Below, piece by piece: positions 10,955 through 21,616 of a DNA stretch of 64,000 nt. The translations under genes and the position numbers were made by a program. Positions within the stretch are counted from its first letter, which is position 1, and each line of letters begins with the position of its first letter. The notes beneath the pieces were generated by a model. The model saw nothing but the letters and a program-made list of their open reading frames with translations. It was not told the DNA's origin and made no database searches. This stretch comes from Octopus sinensis (lineage: Eukaryota): contig NC_042999.1 in the NCBI RefSeq assembly GCF_006345805.1, positions 11,036,001 to 11,100,000 of the forward strand. The letters are read 5' to 3'.

Positions 10955-11950
10955 AAAAAAATTTTAACACTTTCATTACTATATTTCTTTTATAATAGAC
11001 TGCCTTTGTGTTAATTTTTAAAATAATAACTGTCATTATTAACCCAAAGTTTGCCCCTAGTTCTATGATATAAACTTGCTGTTTTAGAGTGACTTTAAAT
11101 TAAAACTTGATTTCAATTTACATACCAAGCACCAGCTAATAACAAAAAATATATAACCATCTTGGAATATTTACCTTAGATCAAAGTTTTATTTCTAACA
11201 AAATTTCTATCATCCCTATTGCAACACTAACAACACCTTTATTCAATGTAGAATACAAAATTTTCGAACAAGTCAAACCAAAAAATAAAATTTTCCAAAT
11301 GACACTTAACCTTTTCGTTACCGAAATACACTGCTCTTGTTTCAATTAATTCGTTAAAGAATGAAGGATTAACATGCTGACTCCCACACGTCCTGCCAGT
11401 GGTATGTTAGCAAGTCCCACATGACCCACCAGCGAGTCATTTTTTAATTTCTTTCCTATGGATTTTCTGAGAGCTGGAATGCTCCGATTGCTTTGATTTG
11501 TACTTTTGCTACACTAAGAGAATAATTTTTTATAGATTTTTAATATTTTTCTTTCATCTTTCTTCTAGTTTCACCATGTAATGAGATAAAATAAAAGATT
11601 AATAATAGCATGTAGTGTAAAAAACGCATCACATACAAATTAGATTCTTGAATTTTGAGTTACTTTTGCACTTGAATCAAAAAAGAATTTCACCTTTTAC
11701 CTATTTTGTAAATCTTTCGTTATCACATTTCTGTTGAAATAGACTTTGTTTCAATTAATTTTGAAATTAATTGAAAATTTAGTAAAATAGCTTTGCCATT
11801 TTTAAGCTGGCATTCAGAACATAGATTAAGATGGAATTTTGGAGGAAGGTCTTAATTTCACATCACTTTAAAACAAAGTATTAGGCTTCATAGAACAAGG
11901 TCTCAGGTTGTTTGGTATCAAAAGGGTTAAATATTGCACCTTTGCATGGA
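10955..11950. mobile_element. Cluster of decayed MITE fragments
   Basis: Recurring ttaac(c/a)ttt(t)c(g/a)ttac...aaata(c/g)actgc...tttcaattaatt motif at about 10960, 11308 and 11715. Confidence 0.5.
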
Positions 11951-12446
11951 GTATATTTAGAAAAATGTACACTGGAAATATAAGGTTGATTGGAACAGAA
12001 AGGATAGCCCTAATTTGAACAAAGGTTGGTGTACCTTGGGAGAAAAAATGCTTTTCTATTAAATACTTTTGCTTATGCAAAGAATCTTTAGCTAATAAAT
12101 CATTTATGCAAATAACTTCAATGTCAAACAACTCCTGGTATAAATCCTAGTTAATCCACAATATGTAGCTTATGTGACCTTAAATGTGGAACTATATCAA
12201 GAACAACCAGCATGAGATTTCCAACTCAGCTTTTATACCTCTAAAAAAAAAATTCAATTCTGGCACACCAAAAAAAAAAAAAATTAAGAAATGACCCATT
12301 GAATGGTGCTAAGTAAATGGGCTGAATTTTGTGACATTTTCAAACATTTCATAGATAAAAATAATGTTATCTAGAGAGAGAATTGTTCACAAGAAGAGTA
12401 ACTTTAGAAAAAAGGTGATGATTGATAACTAGCAATCAATTGATAT

Positions 12447-12825
12447 CTTTCACTTGTTTCACTCATTAGACTGTGGCCATGCTGGAGCACCACCTTGAGG
12501 AATCTCAGTCAAATAAATTGACCCTGGTACTTAATTATTTTTCTCTTCTTTTTTTTAAAAAAGTCTGGTACTTATTGTATCAGTCTCTTTTTGCCAAACT
12601 GCTATGTTACAGGGACGTAAACACACCAGCACCAGTTGTCAAGCAATGGTGGGGGACAAACACAAGCACACACATATATGATGGGCTTCTTTCAGTTTCT
12701 ATCTACCAAATCCACTTACAAGTCTTTGGTTGGCCCAAGATCATAGTAGGTGCCACACAGGGAGACAGAACCCAGACCATGTGATCGGGAAGAAAACTTC
12801 TTACCACACAGCTATGTCTGCACCT
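12447..12825 (-). mobile_element. SINE family A, full length
   Basis: Reverse complement of the whole SINE. Confidence 0.85.
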
Positions 12826-12877
12826 GTAGAAAATATGGAATGCGTCATGAATTTCTTCTTTTTTAATTTTTTTTTTT

Positions 12878-13290
12878 GTTTCTTTACTACCCACAAGGGC
12901 TAAACACAGAGGGGACAAACAAGGACAGACAAAGGGATTAAGTCGATTACATCGACCCCAGTGCGTAACTGATACTTAATTTATCGACCCCGAAATGATG
13001 AAAGGCAAAGTCGACCTCGGCGAAATTTGAACTCAGAATGTGAAGACAGACGAAATACCTATTTCTTTACTACCCACAAGGGGCTAAACACAGAGAGGAC
13101 AAACAAGGACAGACAAACGGAATAAGTCGATTACATCGACCCCAGTGCGTAACTGATACTTAAGTTATCGACCCCGAAATGATGAAAGGCAAAGCCGACC
13201 TCGGCGGAATTTGAACTCAGAACGTAGCGACAGACGAAATACAGCTACGCATTTCGCCCGGCGTGCTAACAATTCTGCCAGCTCGCCACC
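12878..13290 (-). mobile_element. SINE family B head-to-tail dimer
   Basis: About 182-bp unit duplicated (12878-13058 and 13061-13240); a complete tRNA head is present on only one unit. Confidence 0.9.
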
Positions 13291-13619
13291 TTGCCGCTTC
13301 CTTTTTAATATTTTAAACTCCAGAATGAATGACAGCAGCCATGGCCTTCAAAAGTGTATCGAGGTCAATGTAGTTAGTTTTCAACTTGAATTGTTGTCTG
13401 TGGACCACTGGGCAGAATGCGAGTGGCAGACGGCTGAGTTTTAAGAGTAAAGTGTCCAGTGAAATATAGTGTGCATGGGAAGAATTGGGTAGTGTATGTG
13501 TGTCTAGGTGGTTCAGAAGAGGAGAAACCCTTTGTATTAACAGTAAAAGAGATGGAGGGTACAACACATTGATGTGCATACAAGCATATGTATATCAATA
13601 TATATTTAAGTTTGTTCAG

Positions 13620-13812
13620 TGCATGGCAGAAGCACCTCCATTGATACAACTCTAATGCAGTTAGGCAGATGTTACTGGTGTCTTCATGGAAATAATATTT
13701 TACCATTTTCTTTTTGTCTTTTCAATAATTGTCATGGTTCACAACATGTGCTTGCTGTTGGAATGTTTATCAAGAAAGCTGAATTTGTGAGGTTTTTTGA
13801 GCTGCACCCTGT
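13620..13812 (+). mobile_element. Possible Tc1-like 3' end
   Basis: Ends tttgagctgcaccctg|ta, the reverse complement of ta|cagggtg, a typical Tc1 TIR. Confidence 0.35.
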
Positions 13813-13841
13813 ATGTGCGCATGTGTGTATACTTATATACA

Positions 13842-13932
<91 letters not shown>

Positions 13933-14153
13933 AGAGTGCCTCTATATGCATGCGTGTATTCACAGTTGATCTACCCAAATAAGATTGGGCAATATATTCC
14001 TTACACAAACAATATGCTAAGTTTCAAAAGAGGCACAACATAACTTCCTAAGCAAACTGAGTGCAGATATGAGTAGCATATGGGAACCAGTATTAAGGAA
14101 GGATAGGAAAATATTAGATTTATAAGCCTTAAAATTCACTCCATAATTACCCA

Positions 14154-14390
14154 CAGGTACATGGGGTAGTGGTTAAGAGTACAAGCTACTAACCCCAAGA
14201 TTCCAAGTTCGATTTCAGGCAGTGACCTGAATAATAATAGTAACATCAGAAAAATACCTTAGGAATGAGCTGAAGGGTTCAAAATTCCCCCCAGGACACC
14301 TGATGAAGGCTGGAGAGTACATCAGTTGAAAAGTTGTGTTAACAACAAACAAGATGAGGACAAATATCCATCTAATGTAAATAATGCGAA
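14154..14390 (+). mobile_element. tRNA-headed SINE-like element with a Penelope-type 3' region
   Basis: Box A tggggtagtgg (14162-14172), box B-like agttcgatttc (about 14206), hammerhead-like motif at 14296-14339. Confidence 0.7.
14296..14339 (+). ncRNA. Minimal type I hammerhead ribozyme motif (degenerate)
   Basis: ACAC-CTGATGA-A-GGCTG(gagagtacat)CAGTT-GAAA-a-GTT-GTGT: stem I ACAC/GTGT, stem II with two G.U pairs, conserved core. Confidence 0.65.
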
Positions 14391-16312
14391 TAATACTAGT
14401 TTAATTAATTGGTATGGAAGCAATTAGAAGATGTTAAAGATGTACAGGACATTTCATTAAACCCACTCGTTATCAGCTTGCTCGCTCGCTCGTCCTCTCT
14501 CTCTCTCACACACACACAACCAGAAGAACTAGCTAAGTAATGAAACTGAAACAATGTAGCAGCATTCTTCTTTGTGAAACGGCAAATCAACCAGGAAATG
14601 ATTTTTCAAACACACAAAAAAAAACAAAATATTCCATAAAGAAATACAAAACTATTAAAAGCATCATTACCATTGGTTTCAGCCTTCAAACTGAAGTTAT
14701 TTAGATCATCCAAAAATTAATTATCAATTATTAATAACCCATTAAGAGAATATGCCTTGAATAATTTTCAAGGTGATTAAAGAGAACGGGTTTAGTGTTT
14801 TCCCAAGTAGAAACCAATTCCAATTGAACACATCCGAATTAGATGTGATCTGAACTGGAAAAGATACAACTAACCTCATGGCAGGGATTGCATCAGCTTC
14901 ATTCACTTAGCTCTAAATCTTTTAACACAGAATTTTTCATCAAGATGAAAAAAATTAATCATAAGAATTAGAAATAAAAAAAACTGGATGGAGAAAACTC
15001 AAAATGTTACTTTGGTATAATGGTAGAACATCTGTCATATTTACAGAAAATGTAGGTTCATGTCCCATGGACAGCCTTTGAATTTTCCATCTTAGGATCA
15101 TTGTTTAACCCAGTATTCTATAAGTAACTATTTATAGCTTTATCTAAGGTGGCAAACAGGCGGAAAAACGTTAGCATGACAGTTCATCCATCTTCATATT
15201 CAGGGTTCAGATTCCACCAAGGTTGACCCTTTCTTTCATATTTTTAAGGATGATTAAAGAAGTACTAGTTGAAACCATTATTCACAGCTTTATCTACATT
15301 GAGTTCTACCATTAAAAACAATTTATAAGTTAAAAATTTAAGAAAATTTCTTTACTATCAATTTCCCAAGATAGCCATAGAGAGATGTATCATGCTGCAT
15401 CTCCTAGAGTCCAAATTCCTCTAACCAACCCTTCTGCTAATACAAGCAGTTCCTTTCCGCACAAGTATTATCCAGTGCTGGAGACACTGGAATCCTCTTT
15501 CAACTCAGGCAACATCACATCATGCAGATTCCTTTCATGCATCCTCCATTCAAAAGACAAACCAATTCCCTTCCAACTACCAACATTATCAAACTTCAGC
15601 TATTTAAAACTTATTGTCATGTGACCCTTGCATCATACAACCTATAATTCATGCAAACAGGAAATCCCTTCATCAGTGTCCAGTGAAGATTGCCCCTAAA
15701 AATGCAGTCATTGTGGACAAACCATTGCCTTCCACAGAGTTTAGCAGAGCAGAATACCAGAAAACCCTTCAGCTCAGACATCAATTCTTTATTCACTTGA
15801 TAGGGCTGCATAGCAAACTCACTAGTGCTAATGGTTTGATAAAAGCATCTGGTACACTCTGTAAAGGGGTTGGCAGCAGAAAGAACATCCAGTCATAGAA
15901 ACCATGATGTCTTTGAACCTGTTGGATCCTGGAAAAACATCCAATTCATGTCAGCATGGAATATGGATGTTAAATGATGACAATAATAACTTGATCAGTG
16001 TTACTTCTTAAAACACTTCTGGCAGCTACTTAATTTCTGTCTATACACACACACACACAAAGGCAAACCACGCATAAGTCCTCAGAGAGATTTGATGTTC
16101 AATTTTCTCAAAATATATTCAGCTAAGTTCTGCAATAAAATTATCACAACCTAATTTTTAGCAAAAAAAAAAAAAAAAAAACCTTTTCTAAATGTAATTT
16201 TTAAAATAACAGCTGTTAAACTGAAAGTGTTTTTTGTTGTTCTGTTTTTTTTCATAGTTACTTAGTTCCGAGAAGGACTATTACCAATGTCTTCATTGTT
16301 CTTGCAAAGAAA

Positions 16313-16660
16313 TCTCTCTATATATAAACGGCAGTTTGTCTGTGTGTGTGTCAGGTTGTACCCTCACCCTGACCACGGCTTTCAACCGATTCTGATGAAA
16401 CTTGACACACACATAGCCCAATGTCATAATTCAAAACTAACGCAGCGAAAATGTTGAAAAGTTCCCCCAGTTCTGAAAAAAATCGATAAATTCGACAATC
16501 AGAAACACAAACCACAGACTGTCTAGGGGACACAACTCCACCTTTTTAACTAAAAAAAAATTTACCATCATTTTTTTCCCATTTTTTGGCTATAACTCTC
16601 TAAAAATGCTTTATAGTTATTTCCCTTACAAACCCGAGCAACGCCGGGCGATACTGCTAG
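16313..16660 (+). mobile_element. Short non-autonomous Helitron, apparently complete
   Basis: Inserted at A|T; begins TC(tctctatatataa); subterminal hairpin CCCG-agcaacgc-CGGG (16633-16648); ends CTAG. Confidence 0.8.
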
Positions 16661-18073
16661 TTTTAAATATTTTAATAGAAACAAACTTCATGGCAATATT
16701 TATAAGATATTTTTATTTACTTTTTAATCATGCCAAATTATTTCATTGATTCTTGTCAATGAAAAACAAAAAACTCAGACAAGGTATCAACTCAAAATGC
16801 TAAAGAATGAAACTAAATATTATTAAGTGTAATACTAAATACTTAGATGCACTACCATTCCTACAACTCCTCCTTAATAACCATAACCTTGGGCCGGCCA
16901 AAGACATGTAAGTGGATTTGGAAGATAGAAACTGAAAGAAGCCCACCAGATTTGTGTGTGTTTGTTTGACACCTACCATTACTTGACAACTGATGCAGGT
17001 ATATAAAAGCTGGGGAAATTGTTAGAACATTAGAACAACGCCTTGCAGTATTTCTTCCAGTCCTTCACATTCTCAGTTCAAAAACCACTGAGATCAACTC
17101 TACCTTTTGTCGTGTGGGAATTATCAAATAAAATACTAGTGAAATACTGAGGTCAATGGTATTGACTGACCCTGTTTACCTCAAAATTGTTGACCTTGTG
17201 TCCAACTCAGAAACAATGATAATGGTAGCCTCTTTCACAGGTACAAGGATTCAATCTGGGGGAAGGGCACAGTCAATTGTGTCAACCCCAGTACTTGACT
17301 GATATCTATAATATTGACCCACGCTTCATGGAACATCAAAACGCTTTATAAGGGCACAACACAGATCCTGAATTGTAGAACATTTGAGAAACTCCAAGAG
17401 AAAATGTCAAAGCCAATATTTTGAAACTAATCATAAAATTAAACTTAAGTTGTAATGAGGTGGTTTATCCTTTATATATAGCAATTAAAAATAAGCTATT
17501 GAAATCCTTCCTTATTAAGAAAAAAGTAATTAATCATTTCCAGTTCTGTGTAAAACTTTTCTTGTAGATAAGTTATTTTGGGGTTACATTTGTAACCTGA
17601 TTAAAGATTTCAGTTTTAAAATGAAATAGATTTTAAGCCTATTTCATTTCTGCTTCAAAAGGCAATGACAGGACACAAAAGACTATTGAAAGAGTGTAAA
17701 TCACGACAGTAAACAAGTCTAACTTAGAAGCTACAACTACCTATAATAACCACCACATTGTGTGGTGTCATTTCAACTTGTACTGTAGCAACTGTAATTA
17801 CATATGATGTCATACCAGTTACTTTTAACCTCAATTGATATCTATTAGTATTGCCTGCAGTATTAGAAATATAACACACACACACAAATATATACATTAA
17901 TATTTGTTTTTATGTTGAGTTATAATAAAAACAATTAATCATTAAACCGGACAGGTCAATGAAGGTTGGCAGATCAAAACTTGAAAAAATCACTGTCACT
18001 CATCTTCTTGTAAAAGTATTAAATATACATATCGACTGCTATTTCCAGTTAATATTGGTGCATTGTTGTACCA

Positions 18074-18137
<64 letters not shown>

Positions 18138-18303
18138 TAATTAGGGAATAAAAATTCCGGCTTCACAGGGATTCAAATAAACTGAATTATTCTCAATAAG
18201 AAAATATGTTATTTAGAGATAGAAGTCCTCATGCAATTCCTCAAATTCTAATAGACATCACACCATATCATAGAATTTTATTTTAATAATGAGACGAGTG
18301 GGT

Positions 18304-18660
18304 AGAATAAATACAAAAAAATGGAGGAAAAAATAGACTATTCCCATAATACATATATTTCCGATCCTGTGCTGGTCCATTGGTATTTGCAGCTAAGGTG
18401 AGGGCATCATCTTTGTAAATGGTGAAGTATGTGTCAGGAAAAGTCTTGCCCAATGCATTGAGTATATGAGGCAGGCATATGTGATCTTATTGGACTCTTC
18501 CTACATGATACGTTGGGCAAGACTTTTCCTCATGTATACTGCACCATTTGCAAAGATGATGCCCTTGCCATAACCGCAAATACCAATGGACCAGCACAGG
18601 ATCAGAAATATACGTATTATGGGAATAGTTTATTTTTTCCTCCATTTTCTTATTTATTCT
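18304..18660. mobile_element. Inverted pair of Penelope-like RT fragments (fold-back)
   Basis: About 150-bp arms (18304-18455 / 18511-18660), roughly 85-90% identical by eye; translate to NALGKTFPDTYFTIYKDDALTLAANTNGPAQDRK and ICKDDALAITANTNGPAQDQK, resembling the Penelope YRDDG motif region. Confidence 0.75.
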
Positions 18661-19064
18661 CATGATCGATCATCAAATCCCTCCCAATATTCAAGGAGTA
18701 AGTTTTTTCTTTATACCCACGATTCAGATATTTTAGGATTCATAAAAATTTCATTTTTTATATGTTTATATAATTATATAGATTCAATATTGTTTAATAA
18801 TTATATTTCTATTATTATTCTTAAGAGTTTAAACTCCGTTTCTGAGTTTAAATTTATAAATTTTCAAACTAATCTCGTATTACATACGACTAGAAATTTA
18901 ATTAATTAAAATTACCATATCTGAAATTATCCACATATGTTATACTTTAATGTGACTATATATTGCGTTCTAGTAATGTTAAATAATGGTATATAAAAGT
19001 AAATTTTATCCAAAGGATATAACTAAGTTTTAATTTATTAAAATAATTTTTGTTTATTTACTTG

Positions 19065-19400
19065 AGAATCCAAACTTATTAATTAAGCACTTCAGCTTAT
19101 GTTTGCATTTAACTTTTCTTTCATCCTCAGCATTGAGCAATGGTTGTTTTAGCCCATAAAATCTCCATGAATGCACAACAGAGAGAACTTATTTCCTATT
19201 CTATATGAATTAGTTTTCCTTATTATCTCCCACTTTAGATGATATTTAATTTCTTTAGATTTTAGCCTCCAAATATATTTACTTAAGCCTGTCGAGTTCA
19301 TTAATTTCTTATTTTTAAATGAGTACAAATGATGCGGTATCCTATGTTTAATTATATTCGATGTAGATCCTATGCGTGTCACGTCTGTGTTTATTTCAAT
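19065..19400 (-). pseudogene. Penelope-like GIY-YIG endonuclease C-terminal relic
   Basis: RIGSTSNIIKHRIPHHLYSFKNKKLMNSTGLSKYIWRLKSKEIKYHLKWEII...CIH...LLNAEDERKVKCKHK resembles the Penelope Uri/GIY-YIG end. Confidence 0.8.
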
Positions 19401-19537
19401 ATTCATATTATTAATTTCACTTTGGTCATTCCCATCTTCATTTAAAGAAAGCACACATTTATATACTACATCATTTAAGTTACATTTGTTATTATGTTAT
19501 TTTTATCCCTACAATTACAATTTTTTGAGTCACTACC

Positions 19538-19663
19538 ATTATTATGGTATTAAGAAGCATTCGTGAAGAAAAATTATGTAGCAACACCAAATGACAGTGC
19601 CCCAGCATGGCCACAGCTCATGAGCTAAAACAAGATATAAAAAAAAATACATACATATATACA
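19538..19663 (+). repeat. Left arm of an inverted repeat (CR1-type 3' tail)
   Basis: Nearly exact reverse complement of 20585-20709; contains gtagcaacaccaaatg..ccccagcatggccacagctcatgagct. Confidence 0.9.
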
Positions 19664-19689
19664 TATCCATACATATATATACACTTACT

Positions 19690-19850
19690 TTTTTATTTTC
19701 TCTCTCCCTGTTTCTTTCTGTGTTCCTTTCTGTTGAAAAGTGTAGGCCCGAAACATAAAAGACGTTTTCACTTCCCAAGCATTAAAGTCATACATCAATT
19801 TGTTGTTTACACGCCCGTCTTCATTTATTTTTTTGTAAATTCTCACTATA
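19690..19850 (+). mobile_element. Penelope pLTR-like relic with a decayed hammerhead motif
   Basis: CTTT-CTGTTGA-A-AAG(tgtagg)CCC-GAAA-C-ATA-AAAG at 19726-19761. Confidence 0.45.
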
Positions 19851-19900
19851 CATACATATACAGACATATATATATATATTATATATATATATATATATAT

Positions 19901-20505
19901 CATCATCATCATCATCATCATCATCATCGTTTAACGTCCGCTTTCCGCGCTAGCACGGGTTGGACGGTTTGACCGGGTCTGGGAAGCCAGGGGCCGCTCC
20001 AGGCTCCAGTCTGAATCTGGCAGAGTTTCTACGGCTGGATGCCCTTCCTAACGCCAACCACTCCGTGAGTGGATTGGGTGCTTTTTACGTGCCACCTGCA
20101 CAGGGGCCGGAGGGTCCGGATCGGATTCGAGCATTTTAACGTGTCAGCGGCACGGGGGCAACGAGGTCCGGGGTACTTTGGGGACTGGGGTATTTTGGGG
20201 ATCCGGGGTACTTTGGGGATCCGGGGTACTTAGAATGGGTAGGGGGGTACTTAGAATGGGTAGGTGACGAGGCGGGAGGGTACTAAAAGGGGATGGTCGG
20301 ATTGAGGCAGTGTCAGGAGGAAGCGTAAGATCGGTGGGCAGTTGATGAGCTATGGCGCTAGCAGCTTGTCTTAAGCATATGAGGAGAAGTCGTAGTGGGA
20401 GGAGGAGGAGGGAGTAGGGCGTACCCAGTGTAGATGAGTAAGGTGTATCCGGTGTAGATAGAGAGAACGGGGTATACTGGTATTGGTGGTGGGGGGGGGT
20501 GAGAA
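19901..20505 (-). mobile_element. Young RTE-type 3' tail with a G/C-skewed upstream segment
   Basis: (cat)n gtttaacgtccgctttccgcgctagcacgggttgg, CpGs retained; the adjoining segment has many GGGG tracts on the plus strand. Confidence 0.75.
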
Positions 20506-20518
20506 CAGTATATATATA

Positions 20519-20564
<46 letters not shown>

Positions 20565-20584
20565 ATGTATATATATATATGTCT

Positions 20585-20709
20585 GTATATATGTATGTAT
20601 TTTTTTTTATATCTTGTTTCAGCTCATGAGCTGTGGCCATAATGGGGAACTGTCATTTGGTGTTGCTACATAATTTTTCTTCACGAATGCTTCTTAATAC
20701 CATAATAAT
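20585..20709 (-). repeat. Right arm of the inverted repeat (CR1-type 3' tail)
   Basis: See 19538-19663. Confidence 0.9.
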
Positions 20710-20724
20710 ACCATACATATATAT

Positions 20725-20755
<31 letters not shown>

Positions 20756-21341
20756 CATACATACACATACATATATATATATACACATATATATATATAT
20801 ACATATACATACAGATACATACATACACATATATATATACATATACATACAGATACATACATACACATATATATATATACATATACATACAGATACATAC
20901 ATACACACATATATATATATACATACAGATACATACATACACACATATATATATACATACATACAAATATACATACATACATATATATATATATACATAT
21001 ACATACAAATATACATACATACATATATATATACATATACATACATACATATATATATACATACATATACATACAAATATACATACATACATATATATAT
21101 ACATATACATACATACATATATATATACATACATATATATATACATATACATACATACATATATATATACATACATATATATATACATACATATATATAT
21201 ATATACATACATATATATATATATACATATACATACATACATATACATATACATACATACATATATATATACATACATACATATATATATACATACATAC
21301 ATATATATATACATACATACATATATATATACATACATATA
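20710..21341. repeat. (TA)/(TACA) compound microsatellite
   Basis: Direct reading. Confidence 0.95.
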
Positions 21342-21458
21342 TGCCAGATTAGTCTGCCAGATTAGACTGGAGCCTGGTGCAGCCTTCTGGCTTCCCAGAA
21401 CCCCGGTCGAACCGTCCAACCCATGCTAGCATGGAGAACGGACATTAAACGACGATGA
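21342..21458 (+). mobile_element. RTE-type 3' tail stub
   Basis: ggagcctggtgcagccttctggc...ccatgctagcatggagaacggacattaaacgacgatga. Confidence 0.9.
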
Positions 21459-21575
21459 TACATACATATATATATATATACATATACATACATATACATA
21501 TATATATACATATCATACATATACATACATACATATACATATACATACATATACATACATACATATACATATATA

Positions 21576-21611
<36 letters not shown>

Positions 21612-21616
21612 TATAT

